Under the pieces are notes generated by a model. The model did not search any database. It saw nothing but the letters and a program-made list of their open reading frames with translations, and was not told the DNA's origin. DNA of 64,000 bases from Marsupella aquatica (Eukaryota; Plantae; Marchantiophyta). This document shows positions 24,921 through 38,100 of this stretch, in pieces. Both the position numbers and the translations under genes were made by a program. The stretch spans positions 15,562,576 through 15,626,575 of the forward strand of contig OZ316896.1 of the NCBI GenBank assembly GCA_973895155.1, written 5' to 3'. The first letter of the stretch is position 1. The number at the start of each line of letters is the position of its first letter.

Positions 24921-27176
24921 CAGCTAATGTAAATACTAACTGCACATCTAATATTGGAACAAAACACATGACTATAGTAATATTTCATTAGCTAAGGTTA
25001 CATACTAAAGTCTCTAGACCTACTGACCTCTAGCCTAACATTTATCCTGAACATGAAAAGCTGTGCAGAAACTACATACACTATAGTAAGAACAACGATG
25101 TGAAGGACTCCTCTATGATGGTCTACCCTTGTAATACTTGAGGGGTTTCCCGTGCTAAAAGCAGGGTTTTCAAAAGAAAAAGAAAACAAAAGTTGTTTCG
25201 ACCCTTGTAATCTTTGAGGGTTTTTCAGTGTTAAAGGCAGGGGTTTCAAAAGAAAAAGAAAACAAAAACCCAGGCTGTTATGAGAAATAGGGTAAGGCCA
25301 TTGCAAACCTAATTTCTGAACCTCTCAGAAACCTGGTCCAAGTCATCTTTTCCGGGAGCTTCTCCTGATTTGAGAGGGTACATATTTGCTGGAGCAGTTT
25401 CTAGGGCACTCCCCATAGGACCAGACCAATGCATGAGGCCTTCAAAAAGACTAGGAAAGGGACTTCATAAAATCAATATAGTTCAAAATTCACAGCAGGC
25501 CCGGTGAGACAGTGCATCTTCTTAACACCCTCTGACTCCCGAGCTCTCTTAAAAACCCCAAAATGTGATGAACAAAGGATAACCATTAGGACTCGACAGT
25601 TTTCCTGATGCAAGGCCGATCCATTTTTTCAAAAGAGATAAAAACAATCGATCATTCAATTGGAACTTAATTACTATTCCCCATTAACAGCTAGCCTTTC
25701 ACAGTAAGAATAGGTCAGATCTGAAGCTTGAACAAAGCAATGCATTCCTCACTGAACAAATTGAGCTCAAGTATTTGGACCTCAAAATTTCATGTCAAGG
25801 TAGGGCAGCCAAGACTAGTACGACACGTCAACAAAAACATTCCACAAGTGTATTAGAAAACCCCTTCAGTCTCTTGAGACCAAAGCCTCTTTGAGGTCAA
25901 GTAGTGGGACCTGGTCATAAGGTAGTGGAGAATAACACAGCACACCGAAAAATGTCTTGTAAGTGTATAACCACATTCAATAAACTGTGTATAACTACCA
26001 TACCTTCTTTAGTCATAGGCCTGGTTTGAAATTTCCCTCCCCAATTGTTGCCATTCAAACACAATTGGCTGAAAGGCTATCAAAGAAAATTCGTCTGATT
26101 CTATTGTACCCGGAAGAAGCTGAGGAAATACGCGTGACGAAAACCGCAAAAACGAAAGTCAAATGCGATTAGTCGAGTTGTACATTCACGACAGTGAAGA
26201 AGCAACGGACCTTAGATGTTACTTTCTGAGGTGATCGATCGACCCTGTGTACAATACCCAATTGTGCGGTGGGTACCATCGTCGATCGATCCCACTTTGA
26301 TCCCACAGCAAGCATCGATCGATCATCTCACAGCCCGGCCAGCACCTCGATCTCTCTACACCGTGGCCGTATTTCCATTGGGGATCAATAATTTGCTGTG
26401 GCGAGGTTATTGTCCGGATGCTGATCGGTGATGCTTACACTGGATCTAATTGTACTCTCGCTCAGCTCGAGCGCAATGCTGGCCGCAGTTCAGATTATTA
26501 GTAAGTGCAGGAGTCAGTTGGAGACTGTCCTGAGCTTGACGTTCCACTCGGGGGCGTCCTCGGACGCCGGACGCACTCAGCTCGCTCTTCAAAGTTCAGC
26601 CACAATGCCATATTCTGTCAGCTGTCTGTCGGTTTGGGTTTCACGGTAATTGCAATTATTAGCTTCCAGTGCATGTCCAGGCCAGCCCTTCGATCTACGC
26701 TCCTGTAAGGTATGCATTGGAGAAATTTGTCCAGACAGTATTGTTATTACTGTCGTCCTTTTCCAATGACAATGAGGCGTCCGATCCATAAAATTCCGTT
26801 CCGTCCACTTCATGTCTCTTCATGTCACACCATGTCAACTCAGTAGTAGTCCCCTCTTATTACGGTATGGTGGGGTATGAAAGGTATGGTACTCTCTGTC
26901 TGGGATTTAATATACAATCTGATTTAATTTTATGAGATGGTGAGTGTTTTTGGAAGACTGGTACCTTGGCTTTTGGTATTAATTAAGGATGGAGTGATCT
27001 GGTTTATACCAAAGATATTGAATAAGCGTAGATAAAAAAAGACTGGAGACCATGCTCACAAAGATTTACAAGATCTTGGCCAAGCTTCTGGCCTTGAGTC
27101 GGAAAGTGATCTTGGGATTGAACAGCAGACAAGCTTTACAGACATATGTGTTAGAAAGGATTTCCATTACATGGTA

Positions 27177-27263
27177 ACCAGTGACCGGCTAAATATATTT
27201 TAAGAAGAACACCCTCACTAACCAGTGACCGGCTAAATATATTTTGAAAAGAACACCCTCACT
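27177..27263. repeat. 43-bp tandem duplication
   Basis: 'accagtgaccggctaaatatatttt.a.aagaacaccctcact' occurs twice. Confidence 0.8.
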
Positions 27264-30200
27264 GGTCTATTTCTCCAACAGGATTTAATTTGAGAAAGCT
27301 TTTGGTCGAGTGCTCAGTTGTATTTGGGAGACCATGCATTTTCCAGGGCTGGGAGCACATTTCATGTTTTTAGTCAAGGCATTGTTAAGTAATGCTATTT
27401 CTTGTAAATGGTATGTTCACGGGGTACATTAGTATGACTAGGTGAGTGAGACAGGGATGCCCACTCCCCCTTCCTGTTTGCCATCGCACGCAGGCGCTTC
27501 TAGACTTTTGAGATGCAGAAAGTTTAAGCTAATAGATTGCAAGATTTTCAGATCCCAGATGAGGTGAATGTTTACTAGACATTTTGCTGATTATCTGGGA
27601 CTGATTATGCTGGCTACGGATCGGAAGGGGCCTTTGATCAGAGGCGCATAGAGCAATCAGTTGTTATGCATGTGCAGCTTAACCTGAGCTAAATTAATAT
27701 TGAACCTCCGCAAGTCTGTTGTTATCCCGTTGGCGCTAGAGGAAATCCCTAAGTGAGTTCGTGAGACAGAATGTCTGATCAGCGCGAGGGGAAGTTGAGA
27801 GGTATCTCGGTGCAGATTTGGGATTTCTTCGTCTCAGCTGCACAATTTCTGTGTGGATAGATTTGGGGCTTGACTGCCTTCATGGGCTACTAGATTCTTC
27901 TCCTTTCCTGGTACCTGGGTGCTGCTGGTAAAAGATGTTTTGCAAGCAATTCCCATTTAGAATACTAACGATTTTCCTTAAATTCTCAGGGGCTCTTGCA
28001 TAGAAGGTTTCTTTGGGGTCGGAATAATTAGAGAGGGAATCGAATTCCTCTTGTGCTTCACAGACGCTTTCTCGACCCAAATCGGAGGTTTGATTGACTT
28101 GTAATACTGTGGACCTGTTTTCGATTCTATCAGAATGTAGAGGACAGGGATGTGTTCCTGGAAAAATTAAGTCTCTTCTTGCTTTGCTTAAAAATGGTGC
28201 TGGCTGATATAGATAGAGATTCTGAAAGTAAATCTTGGGCCCTTAGGGCTGGAGGTTGACTGGTTGACCGTGTTCTTCTGTGCCCGCTAGTATTGCCTAT
28301 GTACGTAAAGGCTATTTTGCACTGTTTCTCCCCTTTGTGGGGTTTTCTGTCTAGGTCCCTCCTCCGCACGGTTCACGCGCAAAAAGAACTTTACGTGAGA
28401 TCGGGTTTCATATGACAGGTTCAGAGGGCTTCGTGGGAAATCCGTGTCCTGGACAAACATATCCAGTGGGAAATCCAGCTTCATCAAGATTATAATATCA
28501 GCTCGTCGCCAATCTAGGAGCAAACAGTTCATTTGGGTTTACGTTGGTACAAATGATAAATTTGTGTTGACAGCCGGTTGACAGTCTTCGCCTTTTTGCC
28601 GCACACATATCAGTCAGAGCTAGAACTTGTGAGATTCTTTCGGGATTAGCAGGTCGACATTGAAATTCGGGTCTACTGTACCAACGTGAGCCATTGGCAT
28701 GTTGTTGCATATATAGCTAGTACTGTCCAATTTTCAAAGCCTGGTGCAAGTTCTGCAGCCATGCATGAGTGACCAGAGAAACCCCACCAACGGCCTGGTT
28801 GGAGTGTATGACCCAACAACCCTCATTGGACCAAGCCAGAAGCGAGTATCTCTCCTAGACTGCGATCCAAGCTAGGGAATGCCAATGTTTTCTACTGTTT
28901 TCTTTGTTACATAAATGAGAAACTTGGACCGTCGACTATAGCTTGCCTCAAATTCATCCTAATTTGTGTATCCGTGCAGACTGATCGAGGCTGCGCGGGT
29001 CTGCAGTACTTGTTCATTACTTCCATGACAAGTTGGTGACTCAAGGTCGGCAATTGAACAGTGAAAATACTGTTGAGATCTGCCGAAATAGTGACCCAGC
29101 AGGTCCTCGTTGGATTTTGAAGCTCACAAAACTAAAGCAGCCTAATTGAGTGGCTATTATTACCACATCTCTTGATCGAGAGCCGGCACTGAGTCAGGCA
29201 AAAGACGCGAATCAAATCTACTTAACAACTACTGAGTCATTGATGACAGTAGTTCAAAGAGAAGAAAGCTTCCACGCAGGTGCACTCCCGTGTGCACGAA
29301 GTGTCATAGGAAATCTAGAAGACCAGTGATTCCGAAAATGAAAGCTACTTTGAAATGAAAGCCAATTACTGCTGCTGAATATAATAATGATATATGAGGA
29401 TTGACCGCGAGATCGCGAGAAGCTCTTTCGAAGAGTAGTCAAGTTTGTTGAAATTCGTAATTTCTACAGCGCAGAAAGCGTCCTAGCAGTGAAGTTAGCA
29501 TACTTAGTTCGTGAAGCTAAGATGTGAGCTGCTAAGCGTGGGAGGCAGAGCTTGGCTGGGGTTGTGAAGTGCTGCAAATGCACTCTCCCATCCAGATCTC
29601 GATGATTTCAACACAAAACATAAGGGAGAGTTTTTCAGAAGGTACAGTACGGAATTTGAAGCATTCGTTCACAACCACATTTGCGAGAGAGATATGAGTA
29701 TCCAGTGTTATATATACTTTTTCTCAACTTACGTACTATTGCTGTAGGTTGTACCCAAAACGCTCGTCTACCTACCTTTGACTCAGTTCAACATAGTAAA
29801 CTAGAAAGTAAGAAAAGTTATTAAAAAACTTCACATTCTCGACAATCTAAGCTTAGAATCCTGCCCCAACATATGTCTATCTGGTTGGGTTTAGAGGGTT
29901 TCGTGGTACATCCTTTTCCTGGAAAACATACATTCCTTCCCTGTGGCTGCCTGGAAAATTGTCCAGGTGAAGGGCATAAATCTTTGGTAGGCAGCCTAGA
30001 CAAACATAGAGAACCTGTCCCACAGGTGCCCCATACGGCAACATTCTCTCTTATTTTTCCCAAGGAACCCTGGCTGCTAGTTTGATAATCTACGTCATTC
30101 CAGGCAACATATTGTTGTGCATATTATTGACTAGGCGTATATTATATCATATGTGGCCACTATTTCCATAGTGTCATTACTAGGCAGTGATTGTGATGGC

Positions 30201-31462
30201 GAAGTATCCGCTCAGTCAAATATACATCTCCTGAAGTTTTTAAGAAGGAGAAATTGTCTGACATTCATTTTGGGTAAAATCTGGCATATTTCCTACTTAC
30301 TAAACACAAAATTTGGCTATTTAAAAACTGATGCAGAGCAGAATATGCACCTTGAGAAAAGAAGTCCAGGATTTGCTCCTTTTATCTATGTCCTTGGCTC
30401 TTTCAAGCGAGAAATAAATCATTTTGATACCCCCAAAAGCAGGTACAATGCGATGCTTCAACCAACAATTTTTCTATTGAGCCACCGAAATGGCAAATCA
30501 AGGTTTTCCCCGCCCAATTTATGGATCACAGACATAGTTGCCCATACTGATTCCTCCTTTCAAACCAAGAATATATCCCCACATATACAGCAAAGATACT
30601 GTGTGCAGCTTTACTAGATGCAAGTCATGGGTCACCCGCCCAAGAACTCGCCATCAGATTGCACACCTGTGAACATTTGAATGCATGCTAAAAAGTTACT
30701 TTGAGACTTGATGCAAGAGCACAACCAGAGGCAGCCCTGGACAATTCTTGCAGCAAATAGTTCCTTCTATTAATTGAAAGAACTTACCGAACTTACGCAA
30801 CTAATTATCATTATAGCAAAGATCATCAAACTGTAACGAGTGACATAACCTATTGATATTTATCCTATATATGAACTCCTGTCAGTGGCACGCTAGACGA
30901 AGTCCAGAAATCTCCATGATTGAGCAGGGACGTACTCGCGTACCAGCCTGCAAGCGGGCCAGCCAGGGTAGAAAAGTCCTCTGTAGTCTCGAAAACTCTC
31001 ACATTGATGACAGTATTCACTTGGCCTTATATTCTCTGATGACTTTCGAAAATCGTGTTAGAACTTGCTTTCTCAGAGTACCTCCGATAGATCTAGCCTG
31101 TCGAAAAGACGACGATGATGACGAATTACCAGTCCGTGCAACTAATGCCGTACCCATTCGACCTTCTTCACTGGACTGCTTTGGCTTGGTTTGGCTTGGC
31201 TTGGCTTGGAGCTAGCTAGGCTGAGCCTGGGCATCTAGACAACAGATCATAAAGCAGCTGCTTCCCAGTACGTACATTTATATTCTCAGCCAGTCCACAA
31301 CCTTTAGTACACCACACATAGCAAGCCTGTAAAGTAGTGGAGACTCTCTGGCTTCCCAAGATCAGCCAAGTGGGAAAGCTGAAAACTAAGTGCCACGGAT
31401 TGTGAATGCCTCGGTGCCCTGGGTGGCAAGGAACTAGCGTAGCAGGGACTCATTCGTCCAGG

Positions 31463-31930
31463 CAGGTCAGGAATTTCGAATTATTTGAGCCCATCCAGTC
31501 GCACCTTTATTCCAGCTCCACTGCAAACGAATATGGTGTTTTTTTTATATCTAAGGACGCTTTTTTTGGGGGGAAACTTTATTAACCAGGCCCATGACCA
31601 AATCCCAACTGGTCACAATAGCCTGAACAATGAAGTTTTGACAACACGATGTACAATATGTTTTAACTAAGTTATTCGGCCAGGTCAGGAATTTCGAATC
31701 ATTTGAGAGCAACCCACCTTTATTCCAGCTCCACTGCAATTTATTCGGTTTTTTATATTTAAGAAGCGCTTTTGGTGTGTGTGGTGGTGGTGGTGGGGGG
31801 CGGGAGGATGGGAAACTTTGTGAACCGGGCCCATGACCCAAATCTACTGGCAGGTCACAATAGAGTGAATAATGATGTTTTGACAACACAATACACAATA
31901 GACTGTACAATGTGTTTCAAATATGTTATT
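31463..31930. repeat. Degenerate tandem duplication, about 220-bp unit
   Basis: 'caggtcaggaatttcgaat.atttgag...acctttattccagctccactgcaa...ggcccatgacc.aaat...ggtcacaatag..tgaa.aatga.gttttgacaacac' occurs at about 31463 and 31681. Confidence 0.75.
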
Positions 31931-33706
31931 GGGCCATTTTTTACAATACGGTTTCAGACAATAAAGAATTGCATTCTACCGCCATTTGGGGCCCCATCCC
32001 ATCAATTGAACTTTGATCACTCAGCCAACAAGTGAGAAGTGGGAGACAAGCGCAGATAGCACAAGGAGGAAACGGAACTGAAGCAGGGAAAACTAAGGTA
32101 ACTCTCAAGACTAACCAAGGTGAAAACGAAGAAACCCAAACTTCAGATGACTCAGAAAAGTGGAAAACCCAGCCTTTTCAATTTTCATTGTACCCCACCT
32201 TTTAGTCCATAATCATAAACATGTATACCCCCCCTATTATACAATAGTTGCATACCCAGGGCATAAAATAATTAACGTCTATTAGCCCAGAGTGACATGA
32301 TTTTGTGGTGGCTCACTTGAGTAAAGATTGATAGGTCTTGGGTTCAACTATTGTGGTTGACGCTTCCTAACTATTGTGGCTAACTCTTCCCTTTCTATGG
32401 GGTTTCACAGATTTCCCCTTAAAGTTGAAAAAATTAAAAATTAAAACATTAAAAAATAACGTCTATTAGCTGCTGCAATGGAATAACAATGTGTGACAGA
32501 GTTGTAAACTAAGACCCAAATTGCATGCACTGACAAAAGTAATTGGAGGAATAGCAAGCACAAATGATCCCCTCTTCAGGTTTTACTTTTATGTAAATCA
32601 AACTCCTTCATGGTATCCTCCAAGCAAGGGCATTGTAGGTGCATTAGGAGCGCCCACTTTTCAGTTAAATCCACTCTCAAGTACTCCATTGGAATGAGTG
32701 ACACTGGAACAGAGCAGCCAACCTCCACATGGATACAAACTAGTCTGGGCTCATAAAATCCAGTGCGTGGCTTATTTAGGGAGAAACATGGTAAACCTAG
32801 GGTGAACTTTTTCTTCCTCATCACTCATATCTATACTATCATTCATAATCTACTCTATACAGTAAAGCCATAGACCTTAGTTTCCATGATAGCAACAAAA
32901 TTTGATAATTAGACTATACTTGTACTTGTGAGTAGAGAGGCATAGGGAGTCTCAGTACCAGGAGCCCTTCGTGTGCATGTGCACGGGTATTCTGGCTAGT
33001 CTTACTAACCTTCAAACCCTTTGTGTGCATCTGCATGGGTATTGGGGCTTGTCTCACTAATCCTCCAAATGACTGCTCACAAAAGTGCATATGAAATGAG
33101 AAGCTTTGTCTTAGCAATCCTTGAGCAGTTCCCAAGAAAAGATCTCTGACTTCGTTTGGTAACAGAATGATAATAGCAATGCATGCAAGGATTGTAGCTT
33201 CACTTCTCCCAATACTCTCTTTGAACGCTGTTTGAGTGAGAGGGCTTTTGTGCAAAGTAAACCAACTGGCTTCCTAAAGTCAAATTGGATAAATAGAAGA
33301 TATGCGCACAACCTCCTATTTCCACCTTGTCCATGTGAAGGAGTGATCAATCATTCTCCACACCACCTCCTTCCATATAATTGAGAGGTGGGTTTTTCCT
33401 CCATGTAAAGGCATGATCAATCATTCTCCACACCACTTCTGAAAGCATTTCTCCCCACAGCTTTAGGCCTGGGGACAAATTCTGTTCTCGGATTTCCTCA
33501 AGGCGTCACACTGGTTCTCACCACGTTGTTTAGGGGATTTATTGGGATTGAACAGTTTAATGAAAGCTTTGAAACCAGGAAGCCTTTGGTTTGGAGCTCG
33601 TTGGAAGGAGCCAGCACTTAGCACACATGATGAGCAATTTGTTGTCTTATTTCATTTGCAAGTTTTGTGTCCACTAAGGCAACGCCCTGCAATCTTAATG
33701 TCCTCC

Positions 33707-33847
33707 CTGGTCATGGCTGGGGTTGGAGGTTGAATTTTGGCTACTCATTCATACCTGCTCACGCTTTATTCTTTACAAAAGAAAACTCTTTTGAGCCAAA
33801 AAAAATCAAACCCATGACCAGACCAATGTGATCACAATACACTAAAC
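33707..33847. mobile_element. Small TIR element (CTGGTCATGG...CCATGACCAG), copy 1
   Basis: 10-bp inverted termini at 33707 and 33821. A homologous copy with a shared 3' flank lies at 34899-35043. Confidence 0.6.
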
Positions 33848-34898
33848 TAATATCTACTATAGAGTTGATATGATTTTGCCAATAGTTACTAAGGCCATTT
33901 TTGGCCCCCTTATCACAATACCCCTTATACTGCATTCTGTTTACTGTAGTTGGAGTTATGGCTAGAAAGAGAAATAAAGAGTTTCTATATTTATTTCTAT
34001 TCAATATTTTACAAATTTTCCAAATTTTTTTCAATTGTTTAAATTTACATAATTTAAAAGTAAATTAATTTCATTAATTTTATCTTGTGCAGCTTGGGTA
34101 GACAATTATTTTAGATGGAGTGTACAGATAGAATTGATGGTGTAATTAAAAAATTGATAAAGGATCATGATTGGTTCCTGCTTTTAATTTCTTCTTGCTT
34201 GGTAAATAGTCCACACCAAACATAATAAATTAGCTTTAGGCTGATTCTTTCCACTTTTTCAGGTTTTTATTTTTTCACTCAAAACAGCAAGTCAAATTTG
34301 AATGATAACCACTGCATTTTTTGGCGCAACCTTGTGTTGTAACTTTTGATATTCCTGGGCTGAATAGGCCAACACAAATCACACTAAAATTGAAACTAGG
34401 GAAATCCTCATTAAATAAGGGACACAAGAAGGCACATACACATTTCATTAGGAATTTTGGGCATAATGTGGCTTTTTGTCATTTTGTCAAAGGCAAGCTG
34501 GTGCTGTCCTTATCCCCTTCTACCTTGTAGAGATGTCACTTTTGAGAAAGGAAGGATAAGTACGACTTAGATTTAACAGTTACAAGCTGCTCAGGGACAA
34601 CTCCAAATTGCCCTTCATTCTCTGCACTTACTTGAAAGGGATTGTACCCTCCTTTTGGCTGAACTGTACTTCAGTATGTGATGGGGGCCAAATATGTTCG
34701 CAATATGTTTTGTCCAAACATATTGTCAAAATAGAATGAACTCTAGATGTTTGCTAGATATTAGCTCATTGTGACCAGCGAGCTTTGGTCACGGGCCTGG
34801 TTTAGTTACTGTAGGTGGTCTCATACTAGGCTAGACCAGAATCGCTAGTTATGGGTTCATTTGATCTATTGCTTTAATTTTTGTCTCCTCCCTCCCCT

Positions 34899-35043
34899 CT
34901 GGTCATGGCTAGGGTTGAAGGTTATATTTTGGCTACCCCTTTATATCTGTGAACCTTTTTTTCGTTTAGAAAAGAAAACTCTCATGAGGCAAAAATTAAG
35001 CCCATGACCAGAGCTACTGTATGTGATCACAATACACTAAATT
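34899..35043. mobile_element. Small TIR element (CTGGTCATGG...CCATGACCAG), copy 2
   Basis: Same termini and internal sequence ('ggttg.aggtt..attttggctac', 'aaaagaaaactct') as 33707-33847. Confidence 0.6.
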
Positions 35044-37481
35044 AGTTAGTGGACCCCTATCTGTTTTGATTGTATGTGAGGTATGTGTTGGACAATATAT
35101 GTGAAATAGATAAATGTGTTATAAAATGTGTGACAATGAACATATCTTTATTGAGACTACATGGTGGATCGAATCTGGAGACTAGGCCAGCTGAAAATAG
35201 TGACCGAGCTGAATATATGAGCAAACCTCAACTAGTTTTGAAGCTGCAGCGTCTGAGCTTGAGGCAATCCCAATCGCTTGGGAGTTCAGCTCTGGAGCCA
35301 GCAAAGGTATTTCAATTAGGAATCATGAGCACAGTTGAAGATCAAATTGCAGGTTGGAATGGAAATGGAGCTCACCCGAGGACGTAAAATACAGCTCTCG
35401 TTTGGATCATCTAGAACACCTTTGAACAAAGACCGGACAAACTACAGTTCAACAATTTCCTTGCCAGAATAGTTTTTTGACTCATCCAAAGCCAGCTATT
35501 TCAACAATGGATTTTAGAAAGTAATGCAACACACTTCTCCACGGTATTGCTTAGAGTGAGTAAACCTATGTGTCAAGCTTAGGGCCATCTACATTAATTC
35601 TCGCTTGTCTCAAGCGATTGCTGTCTAGTAGGTAGCAGTGGTGGCCAGAGTTGGTTCGCAATTACCTTGTACGCATCTAGTGCGAGGCACTGTGGAACCC
35701 ACGATGCCATCACAATTTAAACCATAGAATTGTCTAGGTTGTCACTTTATCTCAATATGGTCAGTTCGCAAAACTTTGTTCATTGGAAGTCTAGTGTTTA
35801 GCATAGTTGTCAAGGTTTGGTCACGACAGATTCACGATGGAGACTTTCTAGTAGTCACAACAACTTTGACTACTGGGAACTGTACCGTGGTACTCTGCCA
35901 CCAGGACACCGACGCTACCACAGAATCGGCATTTGTTGTATGCCTAGAAGGATTCATTTTTTTCAAGCAGTGGTGGGCAGAGTTGATTGAGAGGCGTTTA
36001 ATTTCACGCCGAGGGGATTTCAAGTCCTCAAGAATAATTCTTATCTGAGTAGCTAGATTGCGCGATTGATCATACTTCCGGATGAATGGAGCCTATGTAA
36101 GGGGAGCATCGCAGCATGGCCATTGAAATTGTGTCATCTCGAAGCCTTCCTGTACTTGTCTGATCTTGGGCACGGTGAAGACTAGGATGCCCATTTATTA
36201 ATTTTTTAGATAGCCATACTCTTGCATCTCTCAACAGAGCTCGCTGCCAAAAAACTCATGAGTGTATCATCGATAAATTTGTAGCCGAGCTGCAAATTGT
36301 TACCCTTTCAGAATTGTTTCTTTACCAGAAGTCCAGGAGAGACTCAAAGCATAAAGCCGGGTCAGCAATGAGAGAGAGAGCGAGGGGCGGCAGGCAAAGC
36401 AAGGAAGATTCTAACCAGAGCATTTAATAGTCTCAGCGCACTCCCTGTTCTCCCACTTGGCTGTGAAAGTGGAGTGGTTGAAGTATTTGCTTTAGAAGTG
36501 ACTTAGTCCCGTGAACTTGGTGACCATTGGGTCTGTCCTGTCACTTTGAGATTGAAACACATTGTTGGTCACCTCGGACACTCATTTTGTCATTTCATCG
36601 ATTATTGCTGTTCGAGACTTCGGTGTCTCATGACTTCATTGGACCCCTTCACATTCAATTCTTCCGTTTATTCAATCATTCTTTCCACCTGTTGCGGATT
36701 TCAGGTATAAATTGCGGATCACATAGTCTCGTTGGAATCCTTGGAGATCAATTGCTCTCATCCTTTCACCTTCGCAATCACATCCTGGCTAGTTTTGGTG
36801 TTTCCCTCCCCTCCTCTCTTTAGTTCAATCCAAAGTCGTCTCTCTATCATTAGTTGCCTTGCTTCTCATGCATCGTTGTGGAGCAAGAGTACTCAACCTC
36901 TTCATGGTCCAGTCAATGCCTCCATCTTAGGTGAGGAGCAATGACGTCTTCCTGAATTCCCTTACTCTCAAATTTTTTTGATTCGATATTCATTTGCAGA
37001 TTGAAGCAATTTCTGAAATTCAATTTCGAGCAACAATTTCAGAGCTCTCACTAAGGACTACAGTGATTTCCTCAAGAGAGACTATCGTTTGTTAGCCATG
37101 ACTAAGAATTGCTCTTCTGACTGCCTCTCGTGTGCGGATGAACTTGACCTTCCGCTAAAGAAAGAGAAAAAGAGAGAGTCAATCTTGCTTTGCACTCTCT
37201 GCACTTGTTCGGAAGGTTAGATGAGTATTCCATTACCTCATCGCCACTTCTTCTGTCCTCAAGCATACACGAGGAAATGAGGAAACACGAGGTTACCTTC
37301 TGCCCCTGTGGAATTCTTAACTGCCATGCTGTGTTGCTTCATTTAATTACTTATTTATTGTGGAATTGAAATCACAATTCACAAAAAAGGGTGGGCAGTT
37401 GGTTATTTGCGGTAGATAAAACTGAGTTGCGGGCCTACTCAGGGTAAAACAATTATTTTTGATTACTTTTTACATGAAGAT

Positions 37482-37643
37482 TTACTGCATGGCGTCCCCA
37501 ATTTTACCAAAATCCTGTCGCAAACACGAATGTTAAAGTCATTTTATTTTGTAAACCAATTCGTACCTGGTTGCAGCGCATCATGATGACGTGGCACGTT
37601 GTGGAGCCAGGAATTTTGGAAGGGACCTCTAGTGGGGTCCGCA
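37482..37643 (+). mobile_element. Dispersed MITE-like repeat of about 165 bp, copy 3
   Basis: 'gcatggcgtccccaatttt...gccaggaattttggaagggacctctagtggggtccgcaa' matches 6578-6742. Confidence 0.7.
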
Positions 37644-37649
37644 ACTAAT

Positions 37650-38100
37650 ATGTAGAGTTCATATGATAGACTAAACTAGTATCTAGAGTTCATATGATTT
37701 GGCAGTAGTTACTGGGGCCATTTTTGCCCCCGACCTTATCACAATAGCGAGAATTAATTTAGTCTTTTGTGACCACTTTCTTTGGGCACAATCATGTCCA
37801 TTTTAAAGTTTGTATGATAGACTACAGTAAAATCTAGACTTCATATGATTTTGCCTATAGTTACTGGGGCCATTTTTCCCGCCTTTTCACTTTACCGAGA
37901 ATGAATTTAGTCTTTAGTGACCAATTTCTTTGGTCACAATCTTGTCCGTTTTAGAGTTCTTATGATAGGCTAAAGTAATATGTAGAGCTCATATGATTTT
38001 TGCCCATAGTCACTGGGGCCCTCCCTATCAGAATACCGAGAATTAATCTAGTTTTTTGTGGCCAATTCCGGGGGCCATTTCTTTGGTCACAATCGTGTCC
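37650..38100. repeat. Tandem repeat, about 150-bp unit x3
   Basis: 'tagagttcatatgatagacta...tagag.tcatatgattt..tagttactggggcc...ccgagaatt.att.agtc.tt.gtgacca.tttctttgg.cacaatc.tgtcc' recurs at about 37650, 37800 and 37950. Confidence 0.75.

Noticed and set aside
26200-30700. Several 60-154-aa ORFs
   Set aside because: No recognisable domains and no consistent exon chain.
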